Notes under the pieces: model-generated
What the model was told of the DNA's origin: nothing
Databases searched by the model: none
Seen by the model: only the letters and a program-made list of their open reading frames with translations
Virus record (IMG/VR): IMGVR_UViG_2585427739_000001
Source of the DNA: a virus
Lineage: Duplodnaviria > Heunggongvirae > Uroviricota > Caudoviricetes
DNA: 14,248 bases
Strand: one strand, 5' to 3'
Program-made: the position numbers and the translations under genes
Part shown: piece after piece, positions 9,671-14,248 of the stretch
Position numbering within the stretch: position 1 is the first letter of the stretch
Layout of the letters: the number at the start of each line of letters is the position of its first letter

Positions 9671-9702
9671 GCCCTTTTTCAGGGCTGTGATGTGTAAGAG
9701 CG
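9671..9702 (-). promoter_or_regulatory. nutR: nutR (boxB hairpin and boxA) downstream of cro
   Basis: Plus strand gccctttttcagggc (boxB palindrome) and atgtgtaagagcg (reverse complement of boxA CGCTCTTACACAT). Confidence 0.8.
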
Positions 9703-9709
9703 GTGTTAT

Positions 9710-9919
<210 letters not shown>

Positions 9920-9936
9920 TTAGTACATGCAATTAT

Positions 9937-10000
9937 TATCACCGCTAGAGGTAAAACAGTCAACACGCACGGTGTTAGATATTTATCCCTTGCGGTGATA
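9937..10000. promoter_or_regulatory. OR: Right operator OR1-OR2-OR3 with divergent promoters pR and pRM
   Basis: OR1 tatcaccgctagaggta (9937-9953), OR2 caacacgcacggtgtta (9961-9977), OR3 tatcccttgcggtgata (9984-10000), lying between divergent cro and cI. Confidence 0.85.
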
Positions 10001-10007
10001 GATTTAA

Positions 10008-10724
<717 letters not shown>

Positions 10725-10763
10725 TGAAACCACTTTTATCTACAATTTACAGGGCGGTAAACA

Positions 10764-11321
10764 TTGGCAAAAATAGATGATTATCAGCCAAGCCAAGTAG
10801 AAGTTGATAAAGTACTTTATTGTAAAAAAATAGTTAACTTTTCTGGCGTTAAATGGAAACAGAAACCAAGTCGCTCTGATATGTGGCTACAAGCTCATAT
10901 CATCCCCTTGGATGAGGATTGTATACCTATACAAGGGCTAAAGTTTGAACTGAAATGGAAACCAGATCAGGATTCAGAACCTGATGACCCGATTTCTTAC
11001 CCTAAAATAAATATTATTGCTTTCTATCATAACAAGAGGGTTTTCGCGGTAGATACCTATCACTTTGACAAACACACGAATAGTTACAAGGTCGATCATC
11101 CGAAGTACCAAGATATCATTTACGGTGCTCATTACCATGTATACTATGAAGAAGCTGGATACTATAGTGATAGAATAGCGTTTCCAATCGAAGATGACAT
11201 AAACCCAGATGACCTGGTAGGGTATTGGAATTACTTCTGTAAACATCTGAACATAACTTACTCTGGGAGAATACCTTTACCGCTTGAAGATGAGTCGGGG
11301 CAAATGGGGTTTGGAATATGA
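10764..11321 (+). CDS. Uncharacterised protein A (185 aa) in the rexA position; first gene of a two-gene cassette
   Basis: ORF immediately downstream of cI (39-bp gap, no terminator seen). Only available start is TTG at 10764 preceded by AGGGCGG; the next in-frame ATG is at codon 40. Acidic, Tyr/His-rich, no obvious transmembrane segment, visibly AT-rich. Confidence 0.6.
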   Translation: MAKIDDYQPSQVEVDKVLYCKKIVNFSGVKWKQKPSRSDMWLQAHIIPLDEDCIPIQGLKFELKWKPDQDSEPDDPISYPKINIIAFYHNKRVFAVDTYHFDKHTNSYKVDHPKYQDIIYGAHYHVYYEEAGYYSDRIAFPIEDDINPDDLVGYWNYFCKHLNITYSGRIPLPLEDESGQMGFGI

Positions 11322-12070
11322 TGTGCTCAACAGTGATCTCACAACTAGGTTTCGAATGCCATCCAATAGGCAAGACCTTGAGAATTATCAGTCCATTCAC
11401 TTACTGTGATGATGGAGAGCATGTCGGTGCCTTTATCCGTGAAGTCAATGGTAGGTATTTAGTTAGTGACAGATGCGATGCCTTAATGAATATGGAGGCA
11501 AGAGGGATCTCGCTTACCAAAAAACGACTTGATGAGATACGACAATTACTGCTTAAAGAAGGCGCAGAACTCAATGCTCGAGGAGAAATCATTGCTTGGG
11601 CAACAGAAAAGGATGTCGGTGCGATTACATCGAACATAATTAGAGCTGGTATACTCGCATCAACTTTGTCGTTAGACTGGTATCAGCCAGTTCAAGCTGA
11701 AAAGTTTGAAAGTATGGTTATTGATTATCTATATCACACAGAGCTTAGAGAGGCACTTTCTCTTCGTGAAAACGTATATGGCTTGAGTGGACATCAAATT
11801 ACCGTCCCTGTAACAATAAAAACCGACATACCTAAATACGTTTTTACATCAAGCGTGAAACACGGAGGAAGCTGGAATAGTGCTTACTCATTGCTTGGGA
11901 AACTAATTGATCTTAAAGCTTCAAGTGAGGAGTATAACAACAGATTTGTTGTTATAGACAGCGAAGCAATTGGTGATCAAATGCAACAACTCTCCTTACT
12001 CTTCCATGAATCAAGCCAAGTTCTACCATTCTCCAAAAGAGAGACTTGGATTAAGAGACTTGCAGCATAA
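11318..12070 (+). CDS. Uncharacterised protein B (250 aa) in the rexB position; second gene of the cassette
   Basis: ATG at 11318 overlaps the stop of protein A (ATGA), implying translational coupling. No recognisable family and no long hydrophobic helices; followed by an intrinsic terminator. Confidence 0.65.
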   Translation: MMCSTVISQLGFECHPIGKTLRIISPFTYCDDGEHVGAFIREVNGRYLVSDRCDALMNMEARGISLTKKRLDEIRQLLLKEGAELNARGEIIAWATEKDVGAITSNIIRAGILASTLSLDWYQPVQAEKFESMVIDYLYHTELREALSLRENVYGLSGHQITVPVTIKTDIPKYVFTSSVKHGGSWNSAYSLLGKLIDLKASSEEYNNRFVVIDSEAIGDQMQQLSLLFHESSQVLPFSKRETWIKRLAA

Positions 12071-12075
12071 TACAA

Positions 12076-12100
12076 CCCGGCCTCAGCGCCGGGTTTTCTT
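12076..12100 (+). terminator. Intrinsic terminator ending the cI/cassette transcript
   Basis: cccggc-ctcagc-gccggg followed by ttttcttt. Confidence 0.75.
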
Positions 12101-12258
12101 TGCCTCACGATCGCCCCACCTAAAAACACATAACCAATTGTATTTATTGGAAAATAAATAGATACAACTCACTAAACAACGCAATTCTGATCTCTCCTTA
12201 CATCGCCGAGGCAATACACTCACTCGAAAAAATAAATCCATATAAAAAACATACAGAT

Positions 12259-12325
12259 AACCATTTGCGGTGATAAAATATCTCTAGCGGTGTTGACACA
12301 AATACCACTAGCGGTGATACTTAGC
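12259..12325 (+). promoter_or_regulatory. OL: Left operator OL1-OL2-OL3 with promoter pL
   Basis: OL3 aaccatttgcggtgata, OL2 tatctctagcggtgttg, OL1 taccactagcggtgata; -35 ttgaca and -10 gatact overlapping the operators. Confidence 0.85.
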
Positions 12326-12359
12326 TCGTCAGCAGGACGCACTAACCACCATTGAAGGT

Positions 12360-12392
12360 GAGGCTCTTAAAAATTTAGCCCTGAAGAAGGGC
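12360..12392 (+). promoter_or_regulatory. nutL: nutL (boxA and boxB)
   Basis: gctcttaaaaa (boxA-like) followed by gccctgaagaagggc (boxB palindrome). Confidence 0.8.
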
Positions 12393-12502
12393 AGCATTCA
12401 AAGCAGAAAGCTTTGAGTAGCGCGAAATGCAGCTGCAAGACAGCAACCGTGGGGATAAGCATCACGGCGCGTTACTCAAAGCTAACTGACAGGAGAATCC
12501 AG

Positions 12503-12826
12503 ATGGATGCACAAACACGCCGCCGCGAACGTCGCGCAGAGAAACAGGCTCAATGGAAAGCAGCAAATCCCCTGTTGGTTGGGGTAAGCGCAAAACCAGT
12601 TAACCGCCCTATTCTCTCGCTGAATCGCAAACCGAAATCACGAGTAGAAAGCGCACTGAATCCGATAGACCTTACAGTGCTGGCTGAATACCACGAACAG
12701 ATTGAAAGCAACCTGCAACGTATTGAGCGCAAGAATCAGCGCACATGGTACAGCAAGCCTGGCGAACGCGGCATAACATGCAGTGGACGCCAGAAAATTA
12801 AGGGAAAATCGATTCCTCTTACCTAG
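12503..12826 (+). CDS. N: Antiterminator N
   Basis: 107 aa MDAQTRRRERRAEKQAQWKAANPLLVGVSAKPVNRPILSLNRKPKSRVESALNP... with arginine-rich motif; AGGAGA RBS upstream. The ORF-track start at 12413 is a leader extension. Confidence 0.93.
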   Translation: MDAQTRRRERRAEKQAQWKAANPLLVGVSAKPVNRPILSLNRKPKSRVESALNPIDLTVLAEYHEQIESNLQRIERKNQRTWYSKPGERGITCSGRQKIKGKSIPLT

Positions 12827-13381
12827 TTACTTAGATATTGGCCTTGGCTTTATCTCAATATTATATGGATCATAGCTGGCAACTAATTCAGTCCAGTAAA
12901 TATCCTCAATAGGGAATAATATATGCTTCCCGTTCCATCGGGAAAAAGTTTTGTTCAACACACCAAGCTCAATCAACTCACTAATGTATGGGAATTGTTT
13001 TGATGTAACCACATACTTCCTGCCTTCATTAAGGGCTGCGCACAAAACCATAGATTGCTCTTCTGTAAGGTTTTGAATTACCGATCGCACTTTATCGTTT
13101 TGCATCTTAATGCGTTTTCTTAGCTTAAATCGCTTATATCTGGCGCTGGCAATAGCTGATAATCGATGCACATTAATTGCTAGCGAAAATGCAAGAGCAA
13201 AGACGAAAACATGCCACACATGAGGAATACCGATTCTCTCATTAACATATTCAGGCCAGTTATCTGGGCTTAAAAGCAGAAGTCCAACCCAGATAACGAT
13301 CATATACATGGTTCTCTCCAGAGGTTCATTACTGAACACTCGTCCGAGAATAACGAGTGGATCCATTTCTATACTCATCAA
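12827..13381 (-). CDS. sieB: Superinfection exclusion protein SieB (convergent with N)
   Basis: 184 aa MMSIEMDPLVILGRVFSNEPLERTMYMIVIWVGLLLLSPDNWPEYVNERIGIPHVWHVFVFALAFSLAINV... with hydrophobic N-terminal segments; position and size match lambda sieB. Confidence 0.8.
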   Translation of the reverse strand: MMSIEMDPLVILGRVFSNEPLERTMYMIVIWVGLLLLSPDNWPEYVNERIGIPHVWHVFVFALAFSLAINVHRLSAIASARYKRFKLRKRIKMQNDKVRSVIQNLTEEQSMVLCAALNEGRKYVVTSKQFPYISELIELGVLNKTFSRWNGKHILFPIEDIYWTELVASYDPYNIEIKPRPISK

Positions 13382-13505
13382 ACTGTAGGGGTTGTAATAG
13401 TTTATCCGATTTCTCGCTGTAGGGGTACACGAGAACCACCGAGCCTGATGTGGTTAAAAGACAGGCACAATCTTTACTACCGCAATCCACTATTTAAGGT
13501 GATAT

Positions 13506-13592
13506 ATGGAAGAAGAATTTGAAGAGTTCGAAGAGCATCCGCAGGATGTAATGGAACAGTACCAGGACTATCCGTATGACTACGACTATTGA
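13506..13592 (+). CDS. Small acidic ORF (28 aa; lambda orf28 position)
   Basis: MEEEFEEFEEHPQDVMEQYQDYPYDYDY*, overlapping the ral start. Confidence 0.4.
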   Translation: MEEEFEEFEEHPQDVMEQYQDYPYDYDY

Positions 13593-13755
13593 TAAGAATC
13601 AATGGTGTGGACAATTCAAGCGATGCAATGGATGCAAGCTGCAATCGGAATGCATGGTTAAGCCTGAAGAAATGTTTCCTGTAATGGAAGATGGGAAATA
13701 TGTCGATAAATGGGCAATACGAACGACGGCAATGATTGCCAGAGAACTTGGTTAA
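13576..13755 (+). CDS. ral: Ral (restriction alleviation), 59 aa; apparently C-terminally shortened relative to lambda Ral
   Basis: MTTTIDKNQWCGQFKRCNGCKLQSECMVKPEEMFPVMEDGKYVDKWAIRTTAMIARELG*, with stop at 13753-13755. Confidence 0.8.
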   Translation: MTTTIDKNQWCGQFKRCNGCKLQSECMVKPEEMFPVMEDGKYVDKWAIRTTAMIARELG

Positions 13756-13912
13756 CAGAACAACAAAGCTGCCTGATAGTGGCCTTTATTTTTGGCATAA
13801 ATAACAGAATAAACACTGCACTGTGTATTCATTCCAACGAGTGAATACACGGAGCAATGTCGCTCGTAACTAAACAGGAGCCGACTTGTTCTGATTATTG
13901 GAAATCTTCTTT

Positions 13913-13938
13913 GCCCTCCAGTGTGAGGGCGATTTTTT
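13913..13938 (+). terminator. Intrinsic terminator (tL2-like) between ral and ea10
   Basis: gccctc-cagtgt-gagggc followed by gatttttt. Confidence 0.6.
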
Positions 13939-13958
13939 ATCTATGAGGATATGAACAG

Positions 13959-14248
13959 ATGTCAAACATCAAAAAATACATCATTGATTACGACTGGAAA
14001 GCATCAATAGAAATTGAAATCGACCATGACGTAATGACAGAGGAAAAACTTCACCAGATTAATAATTTCTGGTCAGACTCTGAATACCGACTCAATAAAC
14101 ACGGCTCTGTATTAAATGCTGTATTAATCATGCTGGCGCAACATGCTCTGCTTATAGCAATTTCAAGCGACTTAAATGCATATGGTGTTGTGTGTGAGTT
14201 CGACTGGAATGATGGAAATGGTCAGGAAGGATGGCCTCCAATGGATGG
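13959..14248 (+). CDS. ea10: Ea10 (Ssb-like early protein), 5' portion; runs off the window end
   Basis: ATG at 13959 after GAGGA; translation MSNIKKYIIDYDWKASIEIEIDHDVMTEEKLHQINNFWSDSEYRLNKHGSVLNAVLIMLAQHALLIAISSDLNAYGVVCEFDWNDGNGQEGWPPMD... matches lambda Ea10 as recalled; no stop within the window. Confidence 0.8.
   Translation, partial: MSNIKKYIIDYDWKASIEIEIDHDVMTEEKLHQINNFWSDSEYRLNKHGSVLNAVLIMLAQHALLIAISSDLNAYGVVCEFDWNDGNGQEGWPPMD

Noticed and set aside
10764-12070. Possibility that the two ORFs are divergent RexA/RexB homologues
   Set aside because: Sizes are reversed relative to RexA (279 aa) and RexB (144 aa), protein B lacks the multiple transmembrane helices of RexB, and no sequence similarity to either is visible by eye. 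Remote homology cannot be excluded without profile searches.
12413-12502. Upstream in-frame extension of N (ORF-track start at 12413)
   Set aside because: The extension covers nutL-adjacent leader sequence. The canonical MDAQTRRRERRAEK start at 12503 has an AGGAGA RBS and gives the expected 107 aa.

Overview
This window is a mosaic lambdoid prophage segment (E. coli-type) running from the lysis cassette through the immunity region, with all calls made by eye from the sequence and recalled reference proteins; no searches were run. Minus strand, right to left: Ea10/Ral/orf28 and SieB flank N; then cro, cII, O (with ori iterons), P, ren, tR2, ninB, a phage Dam-type adenine methyltransferase, a NinE-like ORF, a hypothetical ORF, a ybcO remnant, rusA, ylcG, a phage-21-type Q, an intact NmpC/Lc-type porin on the opposite strand, then S21 pinholin, R21 SAR endolysin, Rz/Rz1, and a partial IS5. 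Plus strand: cI, then N from a lambda-like OL/pL. The main finding is at 10764-12070: where lambda carries rexA-rexB between cI and pL, this prophage has an AT-rich, translationally coupled pair of ORFs (185 and 250 aa) that I cannot assign to any family I know. Its position, likely co-transcription with cI, and composition make it a candidate prophage-encoded phage-exclusion or abortive-infection module. Secondary observations include a recurring single-base operator change alongside cI arm substitutions, an orphan methyltransferase in the nin region, and hairpin clusters around the porin gene.
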